Position numbers and translations under genes: made by a program. Positions 9,918 through 19,758 of a DNA stretch of 64,000 bases are shown in pieces; position 1 is the stretch's first letter, and every line of letters starts with the position of its first letter. The notes below the pieces were generated by a model. It was not told where the DNA came from. It ran no database searches and saw only the letters and a list, made by a program, of their open reading frames with translations. Location: contig OY764159.1 of assembly GCA_963668175.1 (NCBI GenBank), forward strand, positions 3,328,001-3,392,000. The letters run 5' to 3'. Source of the stretch: Syntrophales bacterium (GTDB lineage: Bacteria > Desulfobacterota > Syntrophia > Syntrophales > PHBD01).

Positions 9918-10781
9918 ATGGCTTTCACAGACAATTGTGATATTTTTGCATCTTTCCATGAAGACGGCTTTAACCGGATTATCAGGCATGTGCAAAGTCA
10001 AAGGCCGTCATTGTTTAATTACGCAACTGCATATATTGCAGCCAATCCGGAGCTTTTATGCGAAGCGGTTCCATCTCATCCCATCATCTTGGCTCGCAAT
10101 AATCCGCTTGTAACCATTGTTGATCCTCTGCCTGTCCCTGGAACCAATTACGCTGTCAATTTCGCAATACAACTGACCGGGTTGTGTATCGACTTTCACC
10201 CGGCCGATACGTTCAGTCTGCCGCCGGAATTGAGTCCGCCGCTTCAAGAACAGCGATGGGCGATCAAGTTGGATATTTGCGGCGGCTTTGGCTGTCCACC
10301 CAAGGAAATCGTGGATCATCTCATCCCTAAACCGAAAGAAACTCCGCAATCGACGGAATCCAAGAAGGGTGATTCCGGTCGGTCGCAAGATAAGGAACCC
10401 CTTGTTCCCATACAAATCCGCAAATTGATATGTTTCTCTCTGGAAGCCTATGCCACGGGCGGCATACGTGTCGCCACATACGACGGCAAACCGTATCTCG
10501 AAACTTATCTGGAGGGCTTCGAGATTGTGGACATCAAACCCGAAGGGCTCGAAAACAGCCTGGAGTGCTACATCGATCTGTTGCTGAAGCTTGTCGTTTT
10601 ACCCGGTTTAAGGATTCTGCTCTCTTACGCACCGCTCAATCTTACACAAGGGGCAACGGATCTTTTCCCTAAGCCTACCAATGTCGTCCTTGGCCCGATG
10701 CCTGTCTCGGCAGCACTGCCGAATAATCCGGCCATTGAAAGAGACCAGCTTAAAGTCTTCATCAAGGCGGAGGTGATCTGA
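9918..10781 (+). CDS. Hypothetical protein, first of a three-gene operon
   Basis: AGGAGG RBS before MAFTDN; 287 aa; tightly coupled to the next gene. Confidence 0.75.
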   Translation: MAFTDNCDIFASFHEDGFNRIIRHVQSQRPSLFNYATAYIAANPELLCEAVPSHPIILARNNPLVTIVDPLPVPGTNYAVNFAIQLTGLCIDFHPADTFSLPPELSPPLQEQRWAIKLDICGGFGCPPKEIVDHLIPKPKETPQSTESKKGDSGRSQDKEPLVPIQIRKLICFSLEAYATGGIRVATYDGKPYLETYLEGFEIVDIKPEGLENSLECYIDLLLKLVVLPGLRILLSYAPLNLTQGATDLFPKPTNVVLGPMPVSAALPNNPAIERDQLKVFIKAEVI

Positions 10782-10782
10782 T

Positions 10783-11727
10783 ATGGCACATATAACCATT
10801 GCAGCATCCGAAAAAACCTTCAAAGCGCTTTTTGAAGGTATCCGCAACAATTTCAAATTCATAAAATCCGACAGCAAGGATTTTGGCCCTTTTACAGCTG
10901 CATACGCCCTGGAGGCACACTTGGAAGGTGGAACGATTGACCTTCGAGCCGACAACACCATCCGGATCAAGGAACTCGACATCAAATGGGACAAAGTCGA
11001 TCTGTGCATCGGCATCGACATCCCGGAAGTCAGTGTCGGAGGTTTTTGCATCATCCCCAGTCCGTTCGGAGGTTGTTGGGTACGCGCACCCAAAATCAGC
11101 GTATTCAGCGCTGACCCCGACATCACCGTCACACTGCCGCTCGGGGGACTCATCACGACAGAATTATCGGTTATAGGCTCGTTGCTGATCAAATATGCAT
11201 CGAATCCGAACCGTCCCATCGGCATGAACGAATGGGATGCGCAGGATGCAAGTCCTTCCCTTGCCAACCATTGGCAAGTATTTCTTGACCCGCAGACGGT
11301 GGATGTCGATTTGTTCGACATAGCCGACATGGCAGGCGATCTCCTGGAGAACGCCCTAAATACGGCGATCGACCGTTTGCTCGGCTTTCTCCCTGGTTGG
11401 GCAAAAGATCTGATCAAGGCCATCCTCGGTCCGATCATCGACGTGGTTAGGGCCATCCTGGATCTCCCGGACGATATTCAGGAGTGGATTAGCGATCTTC
11501 TGAATGTAAGTTTCGGTATGCTTGATATCGTTCTGCAGCTTGTAGCCGACTACTTCGCCAACCAATACCCTCTCCACCAAATCGAAGATCCGTATCCCAT
11601 GCTCAAAGCAACAGCCAATCCTAACCCGGGTTTTCCGTCATCCATCATACCGGTAAAGATCCCGATTCGCGATTTAAGAGTATTCAACAATGATCGGGAA
11701 ATGATCCTGGAAGGAAATGTGGGGTAA
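10783..11727 (+). CDS. Hypothetical protein, second of the operon
   Basis: GGAGG RBS; 1-nt gap from the previous stop; 314 aa with an amphipathic helical C-terminal half. Confidence 0.75.
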   Translation: MAHITIAASEKTFKALFEGIRNNFKFIKSDSKDFGPFTAAYALEAHLEGGTIDLRADNTIRIKELDIKWDKVDLCIGIDIPEVSVGGFCIIPSPFGGCWVRAPKISVFSADPDITVTLPLGGLITTELSVIGSLLIKYASNPNRPIGMNEWDAQDASPSLANHWQVFLDPQTVDVDLFDIADMAGDLLENALNTAIDRLLGFLPGWAKDLIKAILGPIIDVVRAILDLPDDIQEWISDLLNVSFGMLDIVLQLVADYFANQYPLHQIEDPYPMLKATANPNPGFPSSIIPVKIPIRDLRVFNNDREMILEGNVG

Positions 11728-11731
11728 TAAT

Positions 11732-12433
11732 ATGAAAGCTAAATTGAACATACCATTATTCGAGACGATGACATTTGACAGCGGTTCCCTGGGAGTTCTG
11801 GCCATGGTGCTCCACCAGTTCAGTTCGCCGGGATATTATCGGACATCCATTATGAAACAGGACTGTACAGTGGGAGAGGTTGATTTTGAGGTCAATGAAA
11901 AGTCGGAAGTTATGCAACTGGATATCGATCTGGCACAGGTCAACTGGAAGACGAAGTTGAAATCGGCAGGCTTGGGCTTTAAAAGCGGAATACAGAATGC
12001 GGGTATCGTCTCTCCCAAAGGTTATGTATTGTTCCACGTGTCCTCGGGAAGCGGATACTCGGCCATGACATCGGAAAGGGAAGGCCGTGCGGCTTTTAAC
12101 AGCGCCACCCTCCAGGACGGCGATTTGTTTGCCGTTTCCCTCCTTGAACCGGCAGGTTATACGATGAAAAATGTTCTTGGATCGGCAACGGGAGGGATCG
12201 TAGTAACCCTGACATCCAAGGCGGCGAAATCCATCAAGACTCTTGAAACATGTCATATCGATGTGAACCAAAAGAAATTCAATCCGGAACGCGTTGAATT
12301 GACGGCTTCCCAAGGTCTCGTTTTCCACGTCAAGGACAGCGCAAGGATATTGATCGAGATGAAACGTGCAAAAGTACAGAAACATGCAAAACCGGCAATC
12401 CGGTGGCAGAAATTAAAGACGGCCAAGAGGTAG
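11732..12433 (+). CDS. Hypothetical protein with cupredoxin-like beta motifs
   Basis: FDSGSL...FSSPGYY, FNSATLQDGDLF...EPAGY and FNPERVEL resemble plastocyanin-family strands. No Cu-ligand loop is visible. Confidence 0.65.
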   Translation: MKAKLNIPLFETMTFDSGSLGVLAMVLHQFSSPGYYRTSIMKQDCTVGEVDFEVNEKSEVMQLDIDLAQVNWKTKLKSAGLGFKSGIQNAGIVSPKGYVLFHVSSGSGYSAMTSEREGRAAFNSATLQDGDLFAVSLLEPAGYTMKNVLGSATGGIVVTLTSKAAKSIKTLETCHIDVNQKKFNPERVELTASQGLVFHVKDSARILIEMKRAKVQKHAKPAIRWQKLKTAKR

Positions 12434-12583
12434 GAAAAGCAGGCGGTATCCAAGAGTTGTGTGATTTTCAGTCCTTTATGACAAGCGATTCGGGAAAGAC
12501 TGGCGGAGCGCTCTCAACCATACTACGACATTTTCAAGTTCAGGGATTTACCATTTTCCCACACTCAATCACCTTGTCTGCAT

Positions 12584-12623
12584 GGGACAGGTATCAGAAA
12601 ACAGTTCGACTGATATCTGTCCC
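12584..12623 (+). terminator. 14-bp hairpin downstream of the three-gene operon
   Basis: GGGACAGGTATCAG pairs with CTGATATCTGTCCC and is followed by a pyrimidine run. Confidence 0.45.
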
Positions 12624-12892
12624 TTCCATTCTTTATTAAACAACACATAATGTTACTTATTATTTTCTGCTCTAATGAAGGACTCACGATGCCAGCCAAA
12701 TATATCGGTATCGACGGCAGGATTGAATATATTTCTTGCATGCCTTGAAGAAAGGTATCATATTCTTAACGAATTCCGGAATTGTAGGGACTGAAGCGTT
12801 GCAAAGACGCCGCCGGGCCGACATCCCTTGTCCTCGAATAATATGATACGCACAGATACTTATTCTTAATGCATCTGCACAGGAGATTCAGG

Positions 12893-13276
12893 TTGCCTTT
12901 TTCAACGACGTCCACACCTGACCGGATCGACGAAATTGCTCCGGACGGCGCTGAAATACGCCTTTTGTCCCGGATGGAAGGCGGCGGAGTATGTCATTGT
13001 TCCCTCGCTGCCGGTCTCACTTCCCGGGCCGTCCGGCACAAAACCGTCGAAGAAATATGGTACTTCCTGACCGGGGAGGGGGAAGTCTGGCGGAAGTCGG
13101 ACGCGCAGGAGTCGGTCGTCGCCGTGAAACCGGGCCTCTGTCTGACCATACCGCCGGGAACCCATTTCCAGTTCCGCAATACCGGTCAAGTTCCCCTGAC
13201 CTTCCTGTGCGTCACTATGCCTCCCTGGCCCGGCGACGAGGAAGCGGATCGGGTGGATGACTATTGGACCTTGTGA
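12893..13276 (+). CDS. Cupin domain protein
   Basis: HKTVEEIWYFLTGEG and IPPGTHFQFRNTG motifs; TTG start after AGGAGA (alternative ATG at 12869). Confidence 0.85.
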   Translation: MPFSTTSTPDRIDEIAPDGAEIRLLSRMEGGGVCHCSLAAGLTSRAVRHKTVEEIWYFLTGEGEVWRKSDAQESVVAVKPGLCLTIPPGTHFQFRNTGQVPLTFLCVTMPPWPGDEEADRVDDYWTL

Positions 13277-13687
13277 AATCATCGATCCGCCGTCTTCACG
13301 TTGCCGCCGGAAAGACCTCACGGTCCGCCGGATATAACCGATAGTTCGGCATCCCCGTCTCGCCGGGGCCGGGGGCCGAAGCGATCCAGTCTTTTATGCC
13401 ATGTTCCAAACCGCCTACCGGCATATCGCGGTCCCCGATAAGCCGACACTCCCGAACCGCTTACGGTTAGTTGCCATTGACACGGCGAAAGAGACCGTTT
13501 AAAATGACACACAGTGAGGTTCCCTATCCGGGACCTTTGACTCAAAACCTATCCCGTGGAGGAGATCGGAAGCCCTGCCCCGGCGATGACATCCCTCCTT
13601 TTTTTGTTGAGGCTTCCATCGTAACGCCTTGGTTGCCGGAATACGCACCTCTTCCGGACAGGTCCAACCACGATAACGAGGTATCCC

Positions 13688-16009
13688 ATGAGCCAGGATC
13701 AATACCCGTATTTTTCCCCCGATCAGATTGTTCCCGAGACACCCGGCCCCGGCGCCGCACCGAAACCGTGGGGCAAAACCAGCATGGTGGGAAGCCGCCG
13801 GCCCCGCGTGGAAGGCTATGAACTGGTCAGCGGCAGGGCGGTTTATCCCTCCGATATGTCGCTGCCGGGGATGCTCACGGCCGCCGTGCTCCGCTCCCCC
13901 CATCCCAACGCCGTCGTCAAGAGCATCGACACGCGTGCAGCCGAAGGCATGCCCGGCGTCCGGGCGGTGCTGACGGGCAAAAGCCCCGAAGCGAACATCG
14001 TCTGGACGTGGTCCGACGACATCAAGACCAGGCTCTTCGACGACCGGTGCCGCTTCGAGGGGGAGGCCGTCGCCGCCGTTGCCGCCGAGAACGCCTACCA
14101 GGCGGGCGACGCCCTCGCCGCCATCAAGGTCGAATACGAGGTCCTGCCGCCCCTGGTGGACGAACATAAGGCCCTGGAGACCGGCGCGCCCCGCATCCAC
14201 GACAAGGGGAACCGCGTCAAGCCTGTGGAAATATACAAGCGGGGGGATGTGGCGAAAGGCTTTGCCGAGGCGGATGTCGTCCTGGAAGAGACCTACCGGA
14301 CGGAATGCGAGATACACACGCCCCTGGAACGGCACGGCTGCGTCGCCAAATGGGACCGCGACCGGTTGACCGTCTGGCCGTCCACGCAGGGCGTCTTCCG
14401 CATCCAGGCCCAGCTGGCCGCCATCCTGTCCATTCCCCTCTCCAAGGTGCGCGTCTCCGGAAGATACATGGGCGGGGGATTCGGCAGCAAACTGACCATG
14501 GACAAGGAAAACGTCATTGCCGCGCTCCTGGCGAAGAAGACGGGCCGGCCGGTGAAGCTCTTCATGAGCCGGGAGGAAACCTTCATCGCGGCGGGAAGCC
14601 GCCCGGCGGCGAACATGCGCCTGAAAGCGGGCGTCAGGAAGGACGGCACCCTGACGGCGCTCGATTTCACCTGCACGGCCACCTGCGGGGCTTACCCCGC
14701 CCAGGCCACGGGCGGCGTCGACTGGCAGATCAAGGACCTCTATCTCTGCCCCAACGTCCGGACCGAACTTACCGACATCTATACGAACGCCTGTCCGTCC
14801 CGTCCGTTCCGCGCTCCCGGTCATCCGCAGGGTGCATGGGCGCTGGAACAGATGCTCGACGCCCTGGCCGCCGCCGTCGGCATGGACCCGGTGGCCCTCC
14901 GCCTGAAGAATATCGCCGCGGTCAGCCAGGCGAGGCCGGGCAATCCCCCTTATACCTCGACGGGATTCAGGCAGTGCCTCACCGAAGGCGCCAGGGCCTT
15001 CGGCTGGGAGAAGGCAGCGGGCGCCGCCGGTAAACACGGAAACTGGCGGAAAGGCGTCGGCATGGCCGGGGGCATGTGGGTGGTCGGGGGCGGCGGACCG
15101 CCGTCGACGATCATTCTCAAACTGTTCGCCGACGGAAGCGTCAACCTGAACATGGGGGCAAGCGACATCGGCACGGGAACGCGGACGGTCATGTCCCTCG
15201 TCGTTGCCGAAGAGCTGGGCGTGAGACCCGAGGTCATCGACATCGAACATGCCGACACGGCCACCACGCAATTCGCCACCCCGAGCGGCGGGAGCAAGAC
15301 GGTCCCCACCGAATCGCCCGCCGTGCGCGCCGCCGCCATCAACGTCAAACAGCAGCTTCTGGCCATGGCCGCCGAGGACATGAAGGAAGCCGCCTCCGAT
15401 CTGGACATCAAAGGGGGCCGGATCGTATCGCGCCGCGACCCGGCGAAGAAAATCAAGCTCACGGACGTTACGGGGCTGAAACGGCAGGGGGTCGTCGTCG
15501 GCATCGGCTATCGCGGCCCGAACCCCGCCGATCGCGCGGTCAATCCCTTCTCCGCCCAGTTCTGTGAGGTCGAGGCGAACATCAGGACCGGCGAGGTCCG
15601 GGTCCTCCGTTTCCTCAGCGCCCACGACAGCGGCCGGATCATGAGCAGCCTCACCTTCGACAGCCAGGTAATCGGCGGTATCACCATGGGCATCGGGCTC
15701 GCCATGACGGAATCCCGCATCCTCGACCGCCGCCAGACGGGCAAGATCGTCTCGGGCAATTGGCACGACTACAAGATTCCGACGGCCATGGACGTCCCGG
15801 CGGACATCGCCGTCGTCCCGGTCGATCTCCCGGACAACGAGGCCAACATTGCCGGCGCCAAGGGCGTCGGGGAGCCTGCGACCATTCCCACGGCGGCCGC
15901 CGTGGCCAATGCCGTATACAACGCCACCGGGATAAGGCTCACCTCGACGCCGATCAGTCCGGCTTTGCTGCGTCAGGCGCTGGCAGCGGGCAAGAAGGAA
16001 CAGAAATAA
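13688..16009 (+). CDS. Xanthine dehydrogenase-family molybdopterin-binding subunit
   Basis: LRSPHPNA, GGGFGSK, FRAPG, GGSKT and AKGVGEP (catalytic Glu) motifs. Confidence 0.93.
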   Translation: MSQDQYPYFSPDQIVPETPGPGAAPKPWGKTSMVGSRRPRVEGYELVSGRAVYPSDMSLPGMLTAAVLRSPHPNAVVKSIDTRAAEGMPGVRAVLTGKSPEANIVWTWSDDIKTRLFDDRCRFEGEAVAAVAAENAYQAGDALAAIKVEYEVLPPLVDEHKALETGAPRIHDKGNRVKPVEIYKRGDVAKGFAEADVVLEETYRTECEIHTPLERHGCVAKWDRDRLTVWPSTQGVFRIQAQLAAILSIPLSKVRVSGRYMGGGFGSKLTMDKENVIAALLAKKTGRPVKLFMSREETFIAAGSRPAANMRLKAGVRKDGTLTALDFTCTATCGAYPAQATGGVDWQIKDLYLCPNVRTELTDIYTNACPSRPFRAPGHPQGAWALEQMLDALAAAVGMDPVALRLKNIAAVSQARPGNPPYTSTGFRQCLTEGARAFGWEKAAGAAGKHGNWRKGVGMAGGMWVVGGGGPPSTIILKLFADGSVNLNMGASDIGTGTRTVMSLVVAEELGVRPEVIDIEHADTATTQFATPSGGSKTVPTESPAVRAAAINVKQQLLAMAAEDMKEAASDLDIKGGRIVSRRDPAKKIKLTDVTGLKRQGVVVGIGYRGPNPADRAVNPFSAQFCEVEANIRTGEVRVLRFLSAHDSGRIMSSLTFDSQVIGGITMGIGLAMTESRILDRRQTGKIVSGNWHDYKIPTAMDVPADIAVVPVDLPDNEANIAGAKGVGEPATIPTAAAVANAVYNATGIRLTSTPISPALLRQALAAGKKEQK

Positions 16010-16032
16010 CGGAACCTGCGGGAGCGATATTT

Positions 16033-16686
16033 ATGCAAGAAGAACGTAAAGAAAAGAACCCCCAAGAGCAGAAAGGCGTATCGCGCCGCGGCTTCATGCA
16101 GATCGTGGGCGCCGGGGCCCTGGCCACGACGCTGGGCGGCGTCGGCCGCGCCGACTCCGCCGGGACCGCCGACGCGGTTGCGAAGGGAGAGGAAGTCATG
16201 GTGAACCTGAAGATCAATGGAAAGCCTTACCGCGTCGCGGTCGAAGCCCGCTGGACTCTCCTCGACGTCCTGCGGGAGAAACTGGGGATGACCGGCACCA
16301 AACTGGGCTGCGGACGCGGCGAATGCGGGGCATGCACCGTTCTCATCGACGATAAACCGCGTTATGCGTGCCTGACCCTGGCCCTGGAAGCGGAAGGAAA
16401 GGCGATCACCACGCTGGAGGGGCTCATGAACGGAGACGAATTGGGACCCGTTCAGCAGGCCTTTTGGGACCAGGACGCCATGCAGTGCAGCTATTGCACG
16501 CCGGGCCAGATCATGGCGGCGGAAGGACTGCTCCGGGCCAATCCCGAACCGACGCTTCCGGATATCCGGCTGGGTATGAGCGGCAACCTTTGCCGCTGCG
16601 GCTCGTACGCCCATATCTTCAAAGCGGTCGATCAGGCGGCCAAGCGCCGGCGGGCGGCCTCCAAGACCGCCGCCAAGGAGGGATGA
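16033..16686 (+). CDS. 2x[2Fe-2S] subunit with Tat signal (PaoA-like)
   Basis: SRRGFMQ twin-arginine signal; GTKLGCGRGECGACTV, QCSYCTPG and GNLCRCG motifs. Confidence 0.92.
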   Translation: MQEERKEKNPQEQKGVSRRGFMQIVGAGALATTLGGVGRADSAGTADAVAKGEEVMVNLKINGKPYRVAVEARWTLLDVLREKLGMTGTKLGCGRGECGACTVLIDDKPRYACLTLALEAEGKAITTLEGLMNGDELGPVQQAFWDQDAMQCSYCTPGQIMAAEGLLRANPEPTLPDIRLGMSGNLCRCGSYAHIFKAVDQAAKRRRAASKTAAKEG

Positions 16687-16688
16687 CC

Positions 16689-17669
16689 ATGTCCATGCCG
16701 AATTTCACCTATGTGCGTCCCAAGTCGCTCAGGGAGGTCCATGCCCACCTCGCCTCCGGCAACGCCCGCCTCCACGCCGGCGGGACCGACCTTCTGGGAT
16801 GTTTGCGCGACGGCGTCTTCAAGGCGGATAAGGTCGTGAGCATCAGTCGTCTCGAACCGCTCAGGAAGATCGAGCGTCTGAAGGACGGATCGTTGCGCAT
16901 CGGAGCCCTCGCCACCATTGCCGCCCTGGCGGCCGACGGCTGGATCGGGGAATCCTACCCTGCCCTCGCCCGGGCCGCTCTGGAGGTTGCCAGCCCCCAG
17001 CTCCGCAACCAGGGAACGATCGGGGGCAATCTCTGCCAGAAGCCGCGCTGCTGGTACTACCGGGGGGATTTTCACTGCAGCCGCAAAGGCGGCGATCGCT
17101 GCTATGCGGCTATAGGCGAGAACCAGTATCACGGTATCTTCGGGGGCCGGGGGTGCTTCATCGTCCATCCGTCGGATACGGCGCCGGCCCTGATGGCCTA
17201 TGGGGCTTCGGTCGAGATCGCCGGAGCCGGCAGGAAGAGGCGCGTCCCCCTCGATAAATTCTTCGTCCTGCCCGCCCAATCCGTGACCAGGGAGACGATC
17301 CTCGAAGCGGGCGAGGTCCTGACGGCCGTTCTTCTGCCTCCCCCGGTGCCGGGAACCAGGAGTTCCTACCGCAAGGTCCGCACGCGCGGCTCCTGGGATT
17401 TCGCCCTGGCCGGGGTAGCCCTCAATCTGCGTTTCGACGGCAACAGGGTGGCCGGGGCCCGGATTGTCCTGAGCGGCGCCGCGCCGATTCCCTGGCGAAG
17501 CATGGAAGCCGAAAAGGCCGTCACGGGTCAGGTCCTTGACGGCGAAACCGCCGCCCGGGCAGCGGAAGCCGCCATGCAAGACGCGCGGCCCCTCCGCGAC
17601 AACAGCTACAAGATCGGCCTCTTCAAGGGTTTGATGGCCGAGGAGCTTCTGGCCCACGGCGAGGCCTGA
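16689..17669 (+). CDS. FAD-binding subunit with [4Fe-4S] insertion (PaoB-like)
   Basis: AGGTDL, ASPQLRNQGTIGGN and the Cys-rich insertion RCWYYR...HC...RC...GC. Confidence 0.92.
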   Translation: MSMPNFTYVRPKSLREVHAHLASGNARLHAGGTDLLGCLRDGVFKADKVVSISRLEPLRKIERLKDGSLRIGALATIAALAADGWIGESYPALARAALEVASPQLRNQGTIGGNLCQKPRCWYYRGDFHCSRKGGDRCYAAIGENQYHGIFGGRGCFIVHPSDTAPALMAYGASVEIAGAGRKRRVPLDKFFVLPAQSVTRETILEAGEVLTAVLLPPPVPGTRSSYRKVRTRGSWDFALAGVALNLRFDGNRVAGARIVLSGAAPIPWRSMEAEKAVTGQVLDGETAARAAEAAMQDARPLRDNSYKIGLFKGLMAEELLAHGEA

Positions 17670-17810
17670 CGCCTCCGGGACGCCGGCGGCAGCCCGGAAA
17701 TATACCCCGCCAGCAATAATCTCCGGCGGCGGCTGGAACCGTTGCAACGTCGCGAATGCCCGGCCTGCGATCCATCCGTTTTTTCCGCAGATTCATGCCC
17801 GTTTTTTCTC

Positions 17811-17839
17811 TTGACATCGGTTTGATATCAAACTAATAT
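17811..17839 (+). promoter_or_regulatory. Sigma70 promoter with MarR operator
   Basis: TTGACA-17-TAATAT with the palindrome GTTTGATATCAAAC (17820-17833) in the spacer. Confidence 0.75.
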
Positions 17840-17845
17840 AGCCCC

Positions 17846-18268
17846 ATGAAGAGAGACCACATCATTTTTCTCATCGGCCGGATTCACTACAAGGCCCAGC
17901 GGCTTCTCGAACGGGAAATGAAGGCCCGCGGCATCGAGGGGCTCGCCCCTTCCCATGGGGAAATTCTGGGATCGCTGATCTTCAAGGGCCCCCTCTCCAT
18001 GACGGAGATCGCCCGGATCATCGACAGGGACAAATCGACGATCACCGCCCTCGTCGGCAAACTGATCCGCCTGGGCTACGTGGAAAAACGGACACACGAA
18101 GGCGACCGCCGGATGGCCCTCGTCGCCGTGACGAAGAAGGGGGCGGCGCTGAAGCCGGCCTTCGTCGCCATCGCCATGAAGCTGCGCACCCTCTCTTACA
18201 GGGACACGACGGACGACGAGAGGGACGAGTTGTACCGTCTGCTTTCGAAGATCAACGGCAACCTCTGA
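17846..18268 (+). CDS. MarR-family regulator
   Basis: LSMTEIARIIDRDKSTITALVGKL...GDRR...TKKG. Confidence 0.9.
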   Translation: MKRDHIIFLIGRIHYKAQRLLEREMKARGIEGLAPSHGEILGSLIFKGPLSMTEIARIIDRDKSTITALVGKLIRLGYVEKRTHEGDRRMALVAVTKKGAALKPAFVAIAMKLRTLSYRDTTDDERDELYRLLSKINGNL

Positions 18269-18283
18269 TTTTTTTGGCCTTAT

Positions 18284-18299
18284 AGTTTGATATCAAACT
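18284..18299. promoter_or_regulatory. Second copy of the MarR operator
   Basis: Perfect palindrome AGTTTGATATCAAACT upstream of the enoyl-CoA hydratase gene. Confidence 0.75.
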
Positions 18300-18326
18300 T
18301 TTTATGCCTTGAAAGGAGAAGCGCAA

Positions 18327-19112
18327 ATGACCTACGACCATGTAATTCTGGAAAAAGAGGACCGGGTGGCCTTCGTCAGGATGAACCGTCCTGAAGCTTT
18401 CAACGCGGCCCATATCGGCCTTTTCGAGGACATCGTCCGCGCCCTGGAGGCATGCACGGTGGACGACGGGGTCAAGGCCGTCGTCCTCACGGGAGAAGGA
18501 AAGGCGTTTTGCGCCGGCGGCGACGTGGCGATGTTTCACAGTTTCGACGATCCCGGCGAGGGCATCCGGCAGTTGACGAAGCGCCTGCATTTTGTGATCT
18601 CGGGAATCCGCCGCATACCCAAACCGGTCATCGCCATGATCAACGGGACGGCGGCCGGCGCTGGCATAAGCCTGGCGGCCGCCTGTGACCTCCGGATATG
18701 CGCGAAATCCGCCAAATTCAGGCAGGCCTATACGTCGATCGGCCTCACGCCGGACGGGGCATGGAACCTGATCGTTCCGCTCCTGATCGGACTGGGCAAG
18801 GCGGCGGAACTCGCCTACCTCGACCCCGTCTTCGGCGCCGAAGAGGCATTGGCCATGGGATTCGTCAATCGGGTGGCCGAGGACGGCGAACTGGAAGAAA
18901 CAACCCGGCGGATCGCATCGAAGATGGCGGGTAGCGCAACCCGTTCTTTTGCCATCTTGAAAGAAAATTTCAATGAAGCCCTTCTCGGTTTGTTAGAGCG
19001 TCAGCTCGAAAGGGAGCGGGGAGGCATCATCCAGGCGGGAAAGACAGCGGACGCCAGGGAAGGCATCGCCGCTTTCATCGAAAAGAGACCGGCCATGTTC
19101 ACCGGCCGGTAA
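18327..19112 (+). CDS. Enoyl-CoA hydratase/isomerase family protein
   Basis: MNRPEAFNA, AFCAGGD, AAGAG and GLTPDG motifs; AAGGAG RBS. Confidence 0.9.
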   Translation: MTYDHVILEKEDRVAFVRMNRPEAFNAAHIGLFEDIVRALEACTVDDGVKAVVLTGEGKAFCAGGDVAMFHSFDDPGEGIRQLTKRLHFVISGIRRIPKPVIAMINGTAAGAGISLAAACDLRICAKSAKFRQAYTSIGLTPDGAWNLIVPLLIGLGKAAELAYLDPVFGAEEALAMGFVNRVAEDGELEETTRRIASKMAGSATRSFAILKENFNEALLGLLERQLERERGGIIQAGKTADAREGIAAFIEKRPAMFTGR

Positions 19113-19257
19113 AGGCATAGAAGCCTTTATGAAGGAATGCCTGCGAAGACGTCAGGACTTCTCCGACGGCGAAACAGGCCGTATATTCCAAGATCCTTTC
19201 ACCGTCCAATAACGTGAGAATCAGGCGCAGCCATACGTCTCGAACCGGGAATGCCGG

Positions 19258-19665
19258 TTACATAACGCCTTTCCGGTTCATGAACGGACCGTATTTCTTG
19301 TCTTCGAGCATGATATGCTTCGTCAGCCAATCGGACAGGAAATCGGTCACGGCCGTGCCGAGAACGGTGCTTCCGTCGTCATGCTGTTTCTTCAATTTCG
19401 CCACCTTGTCGATAAACTTCTTATGCTCGTTCTTCTGTCCGGCTTCATCGGGATATTCGTACAGGGCGAACAGCTTCTCTTCCTCGGCAAAATGCATTCC
19501 CGCGTAACGAAGGAGAACATCCAGCGTCCCGCCGACGGTTTCCCTCGTTTTTCGCCTGACGATCGCGTCGTTTAAATCATTGATCAAATCTATGAACTTT
19601 CTATGCTGCCTGTCCATTTCCGCCACGTGAACGCTTAAATCCTTATTCCAGGCGATCAGGGCCAT
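19258..19665 (-). CDS. Bacteriohemerythrin
   Basis: W...MDRQH, HFAEEE, EH and WLTKHIMLEDKKY motifs; one usual His appears as Gln (QKNEH). Confidence 0.88.
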   Translation of the reverse strand: MALIAWNKDLSVHVAEMDRQHRKFIDLINDLNDAIVRRKTRETVGGTLDVLLRYAGMHFAEEEKLFALYEYPDEAGQKNEHKKFIDKVAKLKKQHDDGSTVLGTAVTDFLSDWLTKHIMLEDKKYGPFMNRKGVM

Positions 19666-19758
19666 TTTTCCGCATCCTTTCCTTCATGGAAATACTCAGC
19701 CTCTTTCCAGGCATTACGAATGTTTGCCGGCTTTTACGAAACCCCGTCATACCCGGAG

